DNA of 64,000 bases from a phage, in sequence record PZ452595.1. The stretch is one strand, 5' to 3'. Of this stretch, positions 24,835-35,214 are shown in pieces. The first letter of the stretch is position 1; the number at the start of each line of letters is the position of its first letter. The position numbers were made by a program, and so were the translations under genes. The notes under the pieces are model-generated. The model saw only the letters and a list, made by a program, of their open reading frames with translations. It made no database searches and had not been told where the DNA came from.

Positions 24835-24842
24835 TATAAATA
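24835..24842 (+). promoter_or_regulatory. late promoter for genes 36-37-38
   Basis: Exact TATAAATA 24 nt upstream of the gene 36 ATG. Confidence 0.6.
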
Positions 24843-24865
24843 CTATTAAAATAAAGGGGCATACA

Positions 24866-25522
24866 ATGGCTGATTTAAAAGTAGGTTCAACAACCGGAGG
24901 CTCTGTCATTTGGCATCAAGGAAATTTTCCATTGAATCCAGCCGGTGACGATGTACTCTATAAATCATTTAAAATATATTCAGAATATAATAAACCACAA
25001 GCTGCTGATAACGATTTCGTTTCTAAAGCTAATGGCGGTACTTATTTAAATAAAGTAATTTTTAATAAAGGAATGACTGTTCCTGGCGCAGGGTCAGGTG
25101 ATAATGGTATTTTTGCTGGTCCTGGTGATAGTGCCACGTATGATACTACAAATATGGATATTGTTTCGTGGTATGGTATTGGTTTTAAATCATCACAAGG
25201 AACAGCAGGTAGAACTGTAGTAATTAACACACGAAATGGAGATATTAGCTCAAAGGGCGTAATTGAAGCATCACAAATCCGTGTAACTTCGTTATCACCA
25301 GTAAATAATTATGACCTTACGCGGAAAGATTATGTTGATGGAGCAATAAATATTGTTACAGCAAACGCAAACTCTAGGGTATTACGCTCTGGAGACACTA
25401 TGATAGGAAATTTAACTGCGCCAAACCTTTTTTCACAGAATCCTGCATCTCAACCCTCGCATGTTCCACGATTTGACCAAATTGTTATTAAGGATTCTGT
25501 TCAAGATTTCGGCTATTATTAA
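24866..25522 (+). CDS. 36: long tail fiber proximal connector gp36
   Basis: 218 aa, ATG start; length and position match T4 gp36. Confidence 0.92.
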   Translation: MADLKVGSTTGGSVIWHQGNFPLNPAGDDVLYKSFKIYSEYNKPQAADNDFVSKANGGTYLNKVIFNKGMTVPGAGSGDNGIFAGPGDSATYDTTNMDIVSWYGIGFKSSQGTAGRTVVINTRNGDISSKGVIEASQIRVTSLSPVNNYDLTRKDYVDGAINIVTANANSRVLRSGDTMIGNLTAPNLFSQNPASQPSHVPRFDQIVIKDSVQDFGYY

Positions 25523-25530
25523 GAGGACTT

Positions 25531-28500
25531 ATGGCTACTTTAAAACAAATACAATTTAAAAGAAGCAAAACTGCAGGAGCACGTCCTGCCGCTTCAGTAT
25601 TAGCCGAAGGTGAATTGGCTATAAACTTAAAAGACCGTGTACTTTTTACTAAAGATGACCAAGGAAATATTATTGATCTGGGTTTTGCTAAAGGCGGTAG
25701 TATTGACGGGAATGTTATTCATACAGGCAATTATAACCAAACTGGCGATTATACTTTAAATGGTGTCTTCACTCAGACTGGTAATTTTAATTTAACTGGT
25801 ATTGCTCGAGTAACTCGCGATATTATTGCCGCTGGGCAGATTATGACTGAAGGCGGAGAACTTATTACAAAAAGTTCAGGTACAGCGCATGTTCGTTTTT
25901 TCGATAACAATAGTCGCGAACGCGGAATCATTTATGCCCCGGCTAATGATGGTTTAACTACACAAGTACTTAATATCAGGGTTCAAGACTACGCCGCTGG
26001 TAGCGAAAGCACTTATGCATTTTCAGGCAGTGGACTATTTACTTCACCTGAAGTATCAGCATGGAAATCTATTTCGTCTCCACAAATTCTGACCGACAAA
26101 GTTATTACAAATGGGAAGAAGACGGGAGATTATGACATTTATTCTATGGCAGACAACGTTCCATTGTCTGAAAGCACTACTGCTATTAATCATCTCCGTG
26201 TTATGCGCAATGCTGTAGGCGCTGGTGTATTCCATGAAGTTAAAGATAATGATGGAATAACTTGGTATACTGGAGATGGCTTAGACACTTATCTTTGGTC
26301 GTTTACCTGGACCGGTGGATTGAAAGCAGGCCATTCTATTTCTGTTGGTACTCCTGGTGGCAATAAAGGATACTCTGAATTAGGGACTGCTTCAATTTCT
26401 CTTGGCGATAATGATACCGGGCTAAAATGGCATCAGGACGGATATTTCTATACAGTAAACAACGGAACAAGAACTTTCATCTATGGTCCAGGAGAAACGC
26501 AAAGCCTTAGAAAAATGGTTATGGCTTATTCTCCAGATGGGCTTCTTATGACAACGCCACCGACAGAAAACTATGCTTTGGCTACTGTTGTTACTTACCA
26601 TGATAATAACGCATACGGTGACGGTCAAACTCTTTTAGGATATTATCAAGGCGGTAACTATCATCATTATTTTCGCGGTAAGGGTACTACAAACATTAAT
26701 ACTCACGGCGGTTTGTTAGTTACTCCTGGTAATATTGACGTTATTGGTGGTTCTGTTAATATCGATGGTAGAAATAATGCTTCTACACTGATGTTTAGAG
26801 GTAACACAACTGGTAGTAGTTCAGTTGATAATATGACAATTTCCGTTTGGGGCAATACGTTTACTAATCCTAGTGTAGGTAATCGTAAAAACGTCATGGA
26901 AATTTCTGATGCAACTAGCTGGATGAGTTATATTCAAAGACTTACAACAGGTGAAGTAGAAATGAACGTTAACGGTTCATTTGAATCATCTGGTGTTACT
27001 GCTGGAAATAGAGGAGTTCACACAACGGGCGAAATTTCATCTGGGGCTGTGAATGCGCTTCGTATTTGGAACGCAGATTATGGAGCTATTTTTAGACGTT
27101 CAGAAGGTAGTCTTCATATTATTCCAACTGCTTATGGTGAAGGTAAACATGGTGATATCGGCCCACTTCGCCCGTTTAGTATGGCTTTAGATACCGGTAA
27201 AGTTACTATTCCAGATTTACAATCAAGTTACAATACGTTCGCAGCGAACGGCTATATTAAATTTGTTGGTCATGGAGCGGGTGCCGGCGGTTATGACATT
27301 CAATATGCTCAAGCGGCTCCTATTTTCCAGGAAATTGATGATGATGCTGTAAGCAAATATTATCCTATTGTTAAACAGAAGTTTTTAAATGGTAAAGCCG
27401 TTTGGTCTTTAGGTACTGAAATTAATTCGGGTACATTCGTTATTCATCATCTGAAAGAAGATGGATCACAGGGCCATACATCAAGATTTAATGCTGATGG
27501 TACAGTTAATTTCCCCGATAACGTTCAGGTCGGCGGCGGTGAAGCTACTATTGCTCGCAATGGTAATATTTTCTCAGATATTTGGAAATCGTTTACTTCT
27601 GCGGGAGACACTACAAATATTCGCGATGCGATAGCTACTCGTGTTGCCAAAGAAGGCGATACGATGACCGGTAGGTTGACTTTATCTGCTGGAAATGATG
27701 CCCTTGTTTTAACTGCGGGCGCTGGCGCTTCATCGCACATCCGTAGTGATGTAGGTGGTACAAATAATTGGTATATAGGCAAAGGCGGCGGCGACAATGG
27801 TCTAGGTTTTTACAGTTACATTACACAAGGCGGTGTATACATAACAAATAACGGCGAAATAGCGCTTTCTCCTCAAGGACAAGGAACATTTAATTTTAAT
27901 AGAGACCGCCTTCATATAAACGGTACACAATGGACTGCGCACCAGGGTGGTGGCTGGGGAAACCAATGGAATCAAGAAGCTCCGATATTTATAGATTTTG
28001 GTAATGTTGGTAATGATAGTTATTATCCTATTATTAAAGGAAAATCTGGTATTACTAATGAAGGATACATATCTGGCGTTGATTTTGGTATGCGACGCAT
28101 TACTAATAACTGGGCGCAAGGTATTATTCGTGTAGGTAACCAGGAAAATGGTTCTGATCCACAAGCTATCTATGAATTTCATCACAATGGAGTTCTGTAT
28201 GTTCCTAACATGGTTAAAACTGGAGCAAGATTATCAGCTGGCGGTGGTGACCCGGTGTGGCAAGGCGCATGCGTTGTTATTGGTGATAATGATACTGGAT
28301 TAGTTCATGGTGGTGATGGACGAATTAATATGGTTGCAAATGGAGTTCATATTGCTTCATGGTCTTCATCTTATCATTCTCATCCAGGCCTTTGGGATTC
28401 AAACGGAGCTTTGTGGACAGAAGTTGGCAAAGCAATTATTTCTCATGGTCATTTAGTTCAGGCGAATGACAGCTATTCAACGTTTGTCCGTGATGTTTAT

Positions 28501-28842
28501 GTCCGCTCTGATATTCGTGTTAAAAAAGACCTCGTTAAATTTGAAAATGCTTCTGAAAAGCTTTCTAAAATTAACGGTTACACTTATATGCAGAAACGTG
28601 GAACTGACGAAGAAGGTAATCAGAAATGGGAACCTAACGCCGGTTTAATTGCTCAAGAAGTTCAAGCTATTTTACCAGAATTAGTTGAAGGCGACCCGGA
28701 TGGTGAAGCTTTACTTCGTTTGAACTATAACGGTGTAATTGGTTTAAATACAGCTGCAATCAATGAGCATACTGCAGAAATTGCGGAACTTAAATCAGAA
28801 ATTGAAGAACTTAAAGCATTAGTTAAATCATTGTTAAAATAA
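25531..28842 (+). CDS. 37: long tail fiber distal subunit gp37 with C-terminal intramolecular chaperone module
   Basis: 1103 aa, AAGAGGA upstream; the C-terminal ~110 aa begin at an S|DIRVKKDL motif and end in a coiled-coil heptad segment. Confidence 0.95.
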   Translation: MATLKQIQFKRSKTAGARPAASVLAEGELAINLKDRVLFTKDDQGNIIDLGFAKGGSIDGNVIHTGNYNQTGDYTLNGVFTQTGNFNLTGIARVTRDIIAAGQIMTEGGELITKSSGTAHVRFFDNNSRERGIIYAPANDGLTTQVLNIRVQDYAAGSESTYAFSGSGLFTSPEVSAWKSISSPQILTDKVITNGKKTGDYDIYSMADNVPLSESTTAINHLRVMRNAVGAGVFHEVKDNDGITWYTGDGLDTYLWSFTWTGGLKAGHSISVGTPGGNKGYSELGTASISLGDNDTGLKWHQDGYFYTVNNGTRTFIYGPGETQSLRKMVMAYSPDGLLMTTPPTENYALATVVTYHDNNAYGDGQTLLGYYQGGNYHHYFRGKGTTNINTHGGLLVTPGNIDVIGGSVNIDGRNNASTLMFRGNTTGSSSVDNMTISVWGNTFTNPSVGNRKNVMEISDATSWMSYIQRLTTGEVEMNVNGSFESSGVTAGNRGVHTTGEISSGAVNALRIWNADYGAIFRRSEGSLHIIPTAYGEGKHGDIGPLRPFSMALDTGKVTIPDLQSSYNTFAANGYIKFVGHGAGAGGYDIQYAQAAPIFQEIDDDAVSKYYPIVKQKFLNGKAVWSLGTEINSGTFVIHHLKEDGSQGHTSRFNADGTVNFPDNVQVGGGEATIARNGNIFSDIWKSFTSAGDTTNIRDAIATRVAKEGDTMTGRLTLSAGNDALVLTAGAGASSHIRSDVGGTNNWYIGKGGGDNGLGFYSYITQGGVYITNNGEIALSPQGQGTFNFNRDRLHINGTQWTAHQGGGWGNQWNQEAPIFIDFGNVGNDSYYPIIKGKSGITNEGYISGVDFGMRRITNNWAQGIIRVGNQENGSDPQAIYEFHHNGVLYVPNMVKTGARLSAGGGDPVWQGACVVIGDNDTGLVHGGDGRINMVANGVHIASWSSSYHSHPGLWDSNGALWTEVGKAIISHGHLVQANDSYSTFVRDVYVRSDIRVKKDLVKFENASEKLSKINGYTYMQKRGTDEEGNQKWEPNAGLIAQEVQAILPELVEGDPDGEALLRLNYNGVIGLNTAAINEHTAEIAELKSEIEELKALVKSLLK

Positions 28843-28847
28843 TAAGA

Positions 28848-28861
28848 GGGGCTTCGGCCCC
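28848..28861 (+). promoter_or_regulatory. intercistronic hairpin between genes 37 and 38
   Basis: GGGGC-UUCG-GCCCC immediately followed by the gene 38 SD GGAGG; no U-run. Confidence 0.4.
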
Positions 28862-28873
28862 TTGGAGGTTTAT

Positions 28874-29650
28874 ATGGCAGTAACAGGACCGTGGGTAGGA
28901 TCGTCTGCAGTAGTTAATACAGGACAAAATTGGATGGGTGGTGCCGCGCAGAGATTGAGAATGGGAATTCCGTTTTGGATGAGTAATATGATAGGTCGAT
29001 CTGTTGAAATAATTCACACGCTTGGAGCAGACCATAACTTCAATGGTCAATGGTTCCGAGATAGATGTTTTGAGGCAGGTAGTGCACCTATAGTGTTTAA
29101 TATCACTGGAGATTTAGTATCATATTCTAAAGATGTTCCTTTATTCTTCATGTATGGAGATACACCCAATGAATATGTTCAGTTGAATATACACGGCGTA
29201 ACGATGTATGGTCGTGGCGGTAATGGCGGTAGCAATAGTCCTGGCTCAGCTGGAGGTCATTGTATTCAAAACGATATTGGTGGGAGACTAAGAATTAATA
29301 ATGGTGGAGCTATTGCAGGCGGCGGTGGCGGCGGTGGCGGCGGATATTATTCTCCTTTTTCACAAATGAGATTGACCTTTGGCGGCGGCGGTGGGCGTCC
29401 GTTTGGTGCACCTGGCGGATCTATTGATATGCAATCAGGAGCGACTGGCGGTACTATTTCTGCACCTGGCTCAGGATCCGTGAATGGTATCTATAATGGT
29501 GGAAACGGTGGTGAAGTAGGTTCCGCGGGAGGTAGATGCAATATTCGCGGTCAAGGATCTGAATATAATGGCGGCGATGCTGGTTATGCCGTCATAGGGT
29601 CCGCTCCAACGTGGATAAATGTTGGAGCAATATATGGTCCAAGAGTATAA
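28874..29650 (+). CDS. 38: gp38 receptor-binding adhesin, T2-type with polyglycine motifs
   Basis: ATG at 28874 with GGAGG 5 nt upstream (258 aa; the track frame adds 4 codons from a TTG); C-terminal half has Gly runs ([20 protein letters not shown]) separating short variable segments. Confidence 0.88.
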   Translation: MAVTGPWVGSSAVVNTGQNWMGGAAQRLRMGIPFWMSNMIGRSVEIIHTLGADHNFNGQWFRDRCFEAGSAPIVFNITGDLVSYSKDVPLFFMYGDTPNEYVQLNIHGVTMYGRGGNGGSNSPGSAGGHCIQNDIGGRLRINNGGAIAGGGGGGGGGYYSPFSQMRLTFGGGGGRPFGAPGGSIDMQSGATGGTISAPGSGSVNGIYNGGNGGEVGSAGGRCNIRGQGSEYNGGDAGYAVIGSAPTWINVGAIYGPRV

Positions 29651-29680
29651 TTTGAATAAATATCCTTAAAAGGAGGGTCT

Positions 29681-30337
29681 ATGGCAGCACCTAGAATATC
29701 ATTTTCGCCCTCTGATATTCTGTTTGGTGTTCTAGATCGCTTGTTCAAAGATAACGCTACCGGGAAAGTTCTTGCTTCCCGGGTAGCTGTCGTAATTCTT
29801 TTATTTATGATGGCGATTGTTTGGTATAGGGGAGATAGTTTCTTTGAGTACTATAAGCAATCAAAGTATGAAACATACAGTGAAATTATTGAAAAGGAAA
29901 GAAATGCACGCTTTGAATCTGTCGCCCTGGAACAACTCCAGATAGTTCATATATCATCTGAGGCAGACTTTAGTGCGGTGTATTCTTTCCGCCCTAAAAA
30001 CTTAAACTATTTTGTTGATATTATAGCATATGAAGGAAAATTACCTTCAACAATAAGTGAAAAATCACTTGGAGGATATCCTGTTGATAAAACTATGGAT
30101 GAATATGCAGTTCATTTAAATGGACGTCATTATTATTCCAACTCAAAATTTGCTTTTTTACCAACTAAAAAGCCTACTCCCGAAATAAACTACATGTACA
30201 GTTGTCCATATTTTAATTTGGATAATATCTATGCTGGAACGATAACCATGTACTGGTATAGAAATGATCATATAAGTAATGACCGCCTTGAATCAATATG
30301 TGCTCAGGCGGCCAGAATATTAGGAAGGGCTAAATAA
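29681..30337 (+). CDS. t: holin T
   Basis: 218 aa, MAAPRISFSPSDILFGVLDRLFKD...; single N-terminal TM segment and large periplasmic domain; AAGGAGGG upstream; same length as T4 holin. Confidence 0.93.
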   Translation: MAAPRISFSPSDILFGVLDRLFKDNATGKVLASRVAVVILLFMMAIVWYRGDSFFEYYKQSKYETYSEIIEKERNARFESVALEQLQIVHISSEADFSAVYSFRPKNLNYFVDIIAYEGKLPSTISEKSLGGYPVDKTMDEYAVHLNGRHYYSNSKFAFLPTKKPTPEINYMYSCPYFNLDNIYAGTITMYWYRNDHISNDRLESICAQAARILGRAK

Positions 30338-30610
30338 TTATTTGTTCGTATACATCTCTAGATATCGATATACACCCTCAAAACCCTCGTTGAATTCGTC
30401 GATGAGGGTTTTCTTATCTTCCTGAGTTAATTCAGAAACAATTTTACGGAATGAATTCTGATTTAACTTTCTACCTTCATGCGTTACTCCAATCTCATTC
30501 AGAAATGCAATAAAATTAGCACGATTTTCAACAATATCTTCTCTGGAAAATTTAATCAAAATAGACGCAACAGTAATAATTTCACGAACTGTATCAATGT
30601 TTTTATTCAT
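30338..30610 (-). CDS. asiA: anti-sigma70 factor AsiA
   Basis: 90 aa, MNKNIDTVREIITVASILIKFSREDIVENRANFIAFLNEIG...; matches T4 AsiA; convergent with t. Confidence 0.95.
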   Translation of the reverse strand: MNKNIDTVREIITVASILIKFSREDIVENRANFIAFLNEIGVTHEGRKLNQNSFRKIVSELTQEDKKTLIDEFNEGFEGVYRYLEMYTNK

Positions 30611-30622
30611 TAACTATACCAC

Positions 30623-30775
30623 TCAATTAGTTGACTTTGTTATAATATCATCAGACGCTTGATTTGTAAACTGGTCTGTGTTATTTTCTTCAAAAATTTT
30701 TTCTACGAATTCCTTGAACGACTCACGTTCCTGAGCTACATTGTGCTCGATTACCTTTTCAAGATTATGACTCAT
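30623..30775 (-). CDS. small hypothetical protein (asiA.1 position), not in ORF track
   Basis: 50 aa hand-translated (MSHNLEKVIEHNVAQERESFKEF...); its ATG overlaps the arn stop codon (ATGA). Confidence 0.4.
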   Translation of the reverse strand: MSHNLEKVIEHNVAQERESFKEFVEKIFEENNTDQFTNQASDDIITKSTN

Positions 30776-31050
30776 TCGAAATAATCTTCAATTTCGTAAT
30801 CATGGACATAAATCATTATAGTTTTTAATACATCATCAATACTTTTTCCTGGAGCTGGAATTACGTAAAAATATCCTACTTTTGAGAGGTCTTTATAAGT
30901 TCCAATTAAGAAATCGTTATTCTCAAGATGTAGTTCTTCAACTAATTCATTGACAATTGAATGGTATAGATTTGGTAGAAACTTATATAGCTTTTCTAGA
31001 ATATCAATTTTGATTGTGTATTGAACCACGGATTGAGAATCAATAATCAT
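30772..31050 (-). CDS. arn: anti-restriction nuclease Arn (McrBC inhibitor)
   Basis: 92 aa, ATG start; length and position next to asiA match T4 arn. Confidence 0.85.
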   Translation of the reverse strand: MIIDSQSVVQYTIKIDILEKLYKFLPNLYHSIVNELVEELHLENNDFLIGTYKDLSKVGYFYVIPAPGKSIDDVLKTIMIYVHDYEIEDYFE

Positions 31051-31133
31051 AGACCTTCCCCTTATGTTTCTGTTTGCGATTAGATTCTTTAAACGCTTTC
31101 TTCTTATCCTTATGAACAGAAGCTTTATTAAAA

Positions 31134-31352
31134 TTATGTTTTGCGACTAAATTGTTCATAGTGCTGAATTACCTCTCTCAAACATTTGCATGTGAATGAA
31201 AACTTTTTAGCTACACCACATTCAAATATATGTTCTCTTAAATCACATGTATCGGTATATCCCATCTCAACAATAAAATGCCGTATTAGATTTTTATCTT
31301 TATCATTGAGAGAATTAAAATAATCAGATTTTGAATTAATTTCCCTGGCCAA
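31134..31352 (-). CDS. small Cys-rich hypothetical protein, start uncertain
   Basis: First ATG at 31265 gives 43 aa (…CDLREHIFECGVAKKFSFTCKCLRE…); the 72-aa track frame needs a TTG start. Confidence 0.3.
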   Translation of the reverse strand: MAREINSKSDYFNSLNDKDKNLIRHFIVEMGYTDTCDLREHIFECGVAKKFSFTCKCLREVIQHYEQFSRKT

Positions 31353-31632
31353 ATTGAATCACCTTCAGTTGACGTTTTAGTTCTTTTATCATCTCTTCGT
31401 TCATTGCAATATAAAGATCGCGTAGAGCAGGTTTTAGCATTCCATTTACCGGAGAACTAAATGGGCATACATAATCTTTTCCTACGAGCTTTTTAGTGAA
31501 TTCCATATCACAGAACTTAAATCCCGGCTCATTGGTATAAATTCCCCAATTGGTTGACATCATTTTATTAGCATATTCCAGTGCCTGGATTTGATTCATA
31601 ATTCCATCAATTTGAAACTTTTTAATATTCAT
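31336..31632 (-). CDS. hypothetical protein (arn.x block)
   Basis: 98 aa, ATG start. Confidence 0.5.
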   Translation of the reverse strand: MNIKKFQIDGIMNQIQALEYANKMMSTNWGIYTNEPGFKFCDMEFTKKLVGKDYVCPFSSPVNGMLKPALRDLYIAMNEEMIKELKRQLKVIQFGQGN

Positions 31633-32093
31633 TAGTAAAGGTCCTCAGAGTAAAGTTCTTTTTCACTACCACCACGTTCAATACGTACTTGTCCAGCGTA
31701 AGTTGCAATAATCATTGCTTCTTCACGTGTCCAATAATTACTATATTGGTCAATAAACCCTTGGTCATCATCACAAACTTGTTGAGTAACTAATTGAGGT
31801 TTAACTACATCTAAAACTTCTGCCATATCTTTAGAATAATGACGAGCACCTGGAATAATAAGAGTTCGTCCATCTTTTAATTTAAAACGGTTGGCTGCAC
31901 AAACAATTCGTCGTTGATACTTTTGGTTTTCATCCCAATACGCAGTCTGCCAACAGATTTCAGGAACTTCATCTAAAACATTTTGTTCTGTATATTCACC
32001 ACCGTAAGAAGCTAATTTAGCAGCCAGACTTTCCGGAGTCTCACGCGACAAAGCTTTATCTAACAGAGCTAAACGTTCTTTAAAAGTTTTCAT
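31632..32093 (-). CDS. hypothetical protein (arn.x block)
   Basis: 153 aa, ATG start, overlaps neighbours by 1-4 nt. Confidence 0.55.
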   Translation of the reverse strand: MKTFKERLALLDKALSRETPESLAAKLASYGGEYTEQNVLDEVPEICWQTAYWDENQKYQRRIVCAANRFKLKDGRTLIIPGARHYSKDMAEVLDVVKPQLVTQQVCDDDQGFIDQYSNYWTREEAMIIATYAGQVRIERGGSEKELYSEDLY

Positions 32094-32419
32094 TTAAACC
32101 ATCCTTTAATACGTTGCCACAAAGTTTTCTGCTGAGCTTTGTTAACACCAATTGAGCGAATAACTGGTTGAGATTCCTGGAATTCTTTATAATCAGCAAG
32201 ATAAATTTCGTAAGCTGCATCCGTAAATGAACTTATCGCTGCCATAAAATTATTGCGAATACCTACTGGAGCATCTTTACTTTCACGAATAATCATGTAT
32301 TTACCAGTCTTAATCTTTACGATAGTTCCAAGATAAGCTCCATGATACCAGATGTCCCACCCCTCTTGAGTGGGTTCTGCGCAACGACGAAGTTCATTAA
32401 CAATTTCTAACTTGTTCAT
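32090..32419 (-). CDS. hypothetical protein (arn.x block)
   Basis: 109 aa, ATG start. Confidence 0.5.
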   Translation of the reverse strand: MNKLEIVNELRRCAEPTQEGWDIWYHGAYLGTIVKIKTGKYMIIRESKDAPVGIRNNFMAAISSFTDAAYEIYLADYKEFQESQPVIRSIGVNKAQQKTLWQRIKGWFK

Positions 32420-32429
32420 TATTTATTCC

Positions 32430-33065
32430 TCACAGTTCAGATGCTACAGTGATTACTGCTTCAATGTTTTCTGCCGAGCGTTTAATGTCAAGATACACAT
32501 TACCGTTTTTAGCGATTTTACATGACATTCCAATATCAGTAAATTTCTGAATATGATGTTCCATCATTTTGTATCCAAAAATTCGCATATTTCCATTGTT
32601 GTTAATTTCAAAATTACGAATTCCGTGAGTACGTTTTTCTAAAATAGCGAGATAGTTACTACGATAAGTTTCAACCTTTTTAAGAACAAATCCATTTTCA
32701 TCTAAAAGTTTTAACATGAAGTCTTTATCTTCTTCCATATCGGAAGTAATTTCGCGAGCTTTACGAGTTGCTCGTTTTTTCAGCAGTTCCGGAGCATTTT
32801 CTTGTGCGTATAAAGTTGCTGCATTTGAAATAATATCCTGAGCTTCGCCTGTAATGATTAATCCATCACCAGATTTCTCTACCAGGCCTTTTTTAATCAA
32901 TACCCCAATATTACTATTAACTACTGCGTTACCTAAATCTGGATGCACTTCACGAACTTCTGCAGCTGTAATGAAATCTTTCTTAGCAATAGTAATTAAA
33001 ATCGCAGCAGTTTTTTCATTCAGAACATCGTTAGAAGCTTTGATGATGTAAGTTACTTTAGACAT
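32430..33065 (-). CDS. motA: MotA middle-transcription activator
   Basis: 211 aa, MSKVTYIIKASNDVLNEKTAAILITIAKK...; length and position next to gene 52 match T4 MotA. Confidence 0.92.
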   Translation of the reverse strand: MSKVTYIIKASNDVLNEKTAAILITIAKKDFITAAEVREVHPDLGNAVVNSNIGVLIKKGLVEKSGDGLIITGEAQDIISNAATLYAQENAPELLKKRATRKAREITSDMEEDKDFMLKLLDENGFVLKKVETYRSNYLAILEKRTHGIRNFEINNNGNMRIFGYKMMEHHIQKFTDIGMSCKIAKNGNVYLDIKRSAENIEAVITVASEL

Positions 33066-33106
33066 TTTCTAATCTCCGTAATTCTGTATCAGTAGTTGAT
33101 AGTTGT

Positions 33107-33135
33107 ATAGTACCACAGTATGCTTTGGTTGTAAA
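33107..33135 (-). promoter_or_regulatory. T4-type early promoter upstream of motA
   Basis: Minus sense GTTTACA, 17-nt spacer, TGG-TACTAT, followed by the conserved CAACTACTGATAC leader. Confidence 0.6.
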
Positions 33136-33161
33136 CCGTTTTGTGAAAAATTTTTGAAATA

Positions 33162-33187
33162 AAAAAGGGAGAGCCGAGGCTCTCCCT
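33162..33187 (-). terminator. rho-independent terminator downstream of the 52 / motA.1 unit
   Basis: Stem GGGAGAGC / GCTCTCCC with 4-nt loop, then U-run in minus sense. Confidence 0.6.
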
Positions 33188-33191
33188 AAAA

Positions 33192-33341
33192 TTACTGCTC
33201 GAACGCGATAACTATCGTGATAACACGTTGAATTCCGAACGCAAGAAGACCTCCTGCTACGGCTGGAACAACGCCTAAACCCGCCAGTAAAATGCTACCG
33301 GATACTAATGCAGCGCTTGTAATACCAATGAATGGACTCAT
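33192..33341 (-). CDS. small membrane protein (motA.1 position), not in ORF track
   Basis: 49 aa hand-translated (MSPFIGITSAALVSGSILLAGLGVVPAVAGG...), hydrophobic; ATG overlaps the gene 52 stop (ATGA). Confidence 0.45.
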   Translation of the reverse strand: MSPFIGITSAALVSGSILLAGLGVVPAVAGGLLAFGIQRVITIVIAFEQ

Positions 33342-34666
33342 TTGATTTCCTCTAAATCTTTAGTGTATTCAGTAACTACATCAGTAGTTTTCCAATATTC
33401 ATTTTCTTCTTTTTTAGCTTTAGCTTCTTCAGCAAGTTTCTTTGCTTCATCGGAAGTCATATGAAAAATATTCATTCCAACTAGTTTATCAACATAAGAA
33501 GAATACATATCGATTTTCGAAAGTTCTTCGGTCAGTTCTTTACGAGTTTTACCCTGCACAACAATTTCACCTGAAATTACTTTCTTAATGAAATGTGCCT
33601 TGGCAAAGGCTAAACGAAAAGCTGACTCAGTTTCTTTAATTTTGTTATCAATTCGTTTTTGGACATAAGTTTTACGAACTTCAACGAAGTCTTTAATTAA
33701 ATCAACCACGTTATCGTAAACTTGTAGTTTTCCTTTCTCATTAATAACCGTAATATTCTGAGAACGACGCTCAATCAACCCGAAGTCTTTCATAATTTTT
33801 GCATGGCGTTCTTCTTCGTTATCGCTCAAAGAGTATTCTTTGCGGAATTTAACTTTGAAGCCAAAACCATGCTCACCACAAGCATCATCCCATGTAATGA
33901 AGCCTTTATCTTCAAGTGGGTCTAAGATTTTACTCACGTAAGTTTCACGATCATACTTATACGGAATCTCAGTGATATGCATTTGAGTTCGTGAAGTAAA
34001 CTTATATGTTCCACGAATTTCATATTGCCCATCAATTTCAACGACTTCACCACGAAATTCTGGGAATTCTACCTTCGGTTTAGTTACTTTCTTTCCTTGA
34101 AGAGCTTGTAGTACAGCTTTCTTGACAGAAGAAACACTATGAGGAAGAATGTAAGTTGCATAACCAGTTGCAATACCGGAAACGCCATTAAGAAGAACAG
34201 TAGGAATAATAGGCAAATAGAAAGCAGGCGGAATGTGTTCTTTATCTTGATGTACTGGAGCATATTCAGTATCTTTATATACGTTATAGAAATTTTTACT
34301 TACACGAGCAAAAATATAACGACTTGCCGCTGCCTTTTGGACAGTACGAGAACCGAAGTTTCCTTGACCATCTAACAGAGGAAAGTTATTATTCCAAGTG
34401 TTAGCCATCAAAGCTCCCGCATCTTGCGCAGAGTTTTCGCCATGGTGATATCCAAGGTCCGCTACACCACCTGCAATAGAAGCGAGTTTGTGAAACTTAT
34501 CTTTATTTCCTCGTGCCAAATCAAGAGCTCGAGCAATAACAAATCGTTGAACTGGCTTAAATCCATCAATCATATTTGGAATGGCACGATTTTCAACCGT
34601 GTACATAGCATAAGCCAATGCTTCATTATCAATGATACTTTTTAAATCGCGATTATTCAGTTGCAT
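33338..34666 (-). CDS. 52: topoisomerase II medium subunit gp52
   Basis: 442 aa, ATG start; GyrA-like N-terminal region; same length as T4 gp52. Confidence 0.95.
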   Translation of the reverse strand: MQLNNRDLKSIIDNEALAYAMYTVENRAIPNMIDGFKPVQRFVIARALDLARGNKDKFHKLASIAGGVADLGYHHGENSAQDAGALMANTWNNNFPLLDGQGNFGSRTVQKAAASRYIFARVSKNFYNVYKDTEYAPVHQDKEHIPPAFYLPIIPTVLLNGVSGIATGYATYILPHSVSSVKKAVLQALQGKKVTKPKVEFPEFRGEVVEIDGQYEIRGTYKFTSRTQMHITEIPYKYDRETYVSKILDPLEDKGFITWDDACGEHGFGFKVKFRKEYSLSDNEEERHAKIMKDFGLIERRSQNITVINEKGKLQVYDNVVDLIKDFVEVRKTYVQKRIDNKIKETESAFRLAFAKAHFIKKVISGEIVVQGKTRKELTEELSKIDMYSSYVDKLVGMNIFHMTSDEAKKLAEEAKAKKEENEYWKTTDVVTEYTKDLEEIK

Positions 34667-34670
34667 AAAT

Positions 34671-34811
34671 TTACCATACTAGTGAATGTAGTGCCATAAT
34701 AACATCAGAAATGAAAAGCACGACTTGAATTAATCCGAACATTACTCCATAATATAGTGCTACCAATAAAGTAGCAAGGGCTAATGAATAGCCCAAGATT
34801 TTCTTAATCAT
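34671..34811 (-). CDS. small membrane peptide upstream of gene 52, not in ORF track
   Basis: 46 aa hand-translated (MIKKILGYSLALATLLVALYYGVMFGLIQVVLF...), two hydrophobic segments. Confidence 0.4.
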   Translation of the reverse strand: MIKKILGYSLALATLLVALYYGVMFGLIQVVLFISDVIMALHSLVW

Positions 34812-34971
34812 TAGTAGATAACAACACAAATGTTAAATATGCACACATACCCTGGGCTAAAGCTTGTGAAAACACACTGCTAGCATCGATCAGATAGTTA
34901 AAACACATGCTACTATCCAACAAATAAATGAAATAACTCCTAATAATTTTGCGATATTCATAATATTCTCC

Positions 34972-35127
34972 TCAACTATTTTTAGAACCAATGTACGCGA
35001 ATAATGATAAAATCGCTAATACGCCCTGAGCTGATGCTTGTAAAAATACTGAAGTTTCTCCAGTTATTACTGTTCCGATGCATAAAAAGAACCAACAGAA
35101 AAAGGCTATACCGTGAACAAATTTCAT
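34972..35127 (-). CDS. small membrane peptide, not in ORF track
   Basis: 51 aa hand-translated (MKFVHGIAFFCWFFLCIGTVITGETSVFLQ...); GAGGA 6-8 nt upstream of ATG. Confidence 0.4.
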   Translation of the reverse strand: MKFVHGIAFFCWFFLCIGTVITGETSVFLQASAQGVLAILSLFAYIGSKNS

Positions 35128-35214
35128 ATTTTCCTCACTGGCGTCCGAAGACGCCTTTGGTTTTAAGATTGTTACGATAGAACTGCATCACATGTTCGTT
35201 ATGGAAATTACTCA

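Noticed and set aside
23390-29050. Several minus-strand ORFs inside the tail fiber genes (23538..23729, 26422..26628, 26703..26897, 27525..27797, 27802..28185, 28823..29050) and plus-strand 23390..23581
   Set aside because: Fully embedded antisense or alternate-frame shadows of long, well-supported coding regions, without RBS; typical artefacts of six-frame tracks.
29766-29798. 11-bp inverted repeat (GCTACCGGGAA / TTCCCGGGTAGC, one bulge) inside holin gene t
   Set aside because: Lies within coding sequence with no adjacent regulatory element; could form an mRNA hairpin but is equally explained by chance.
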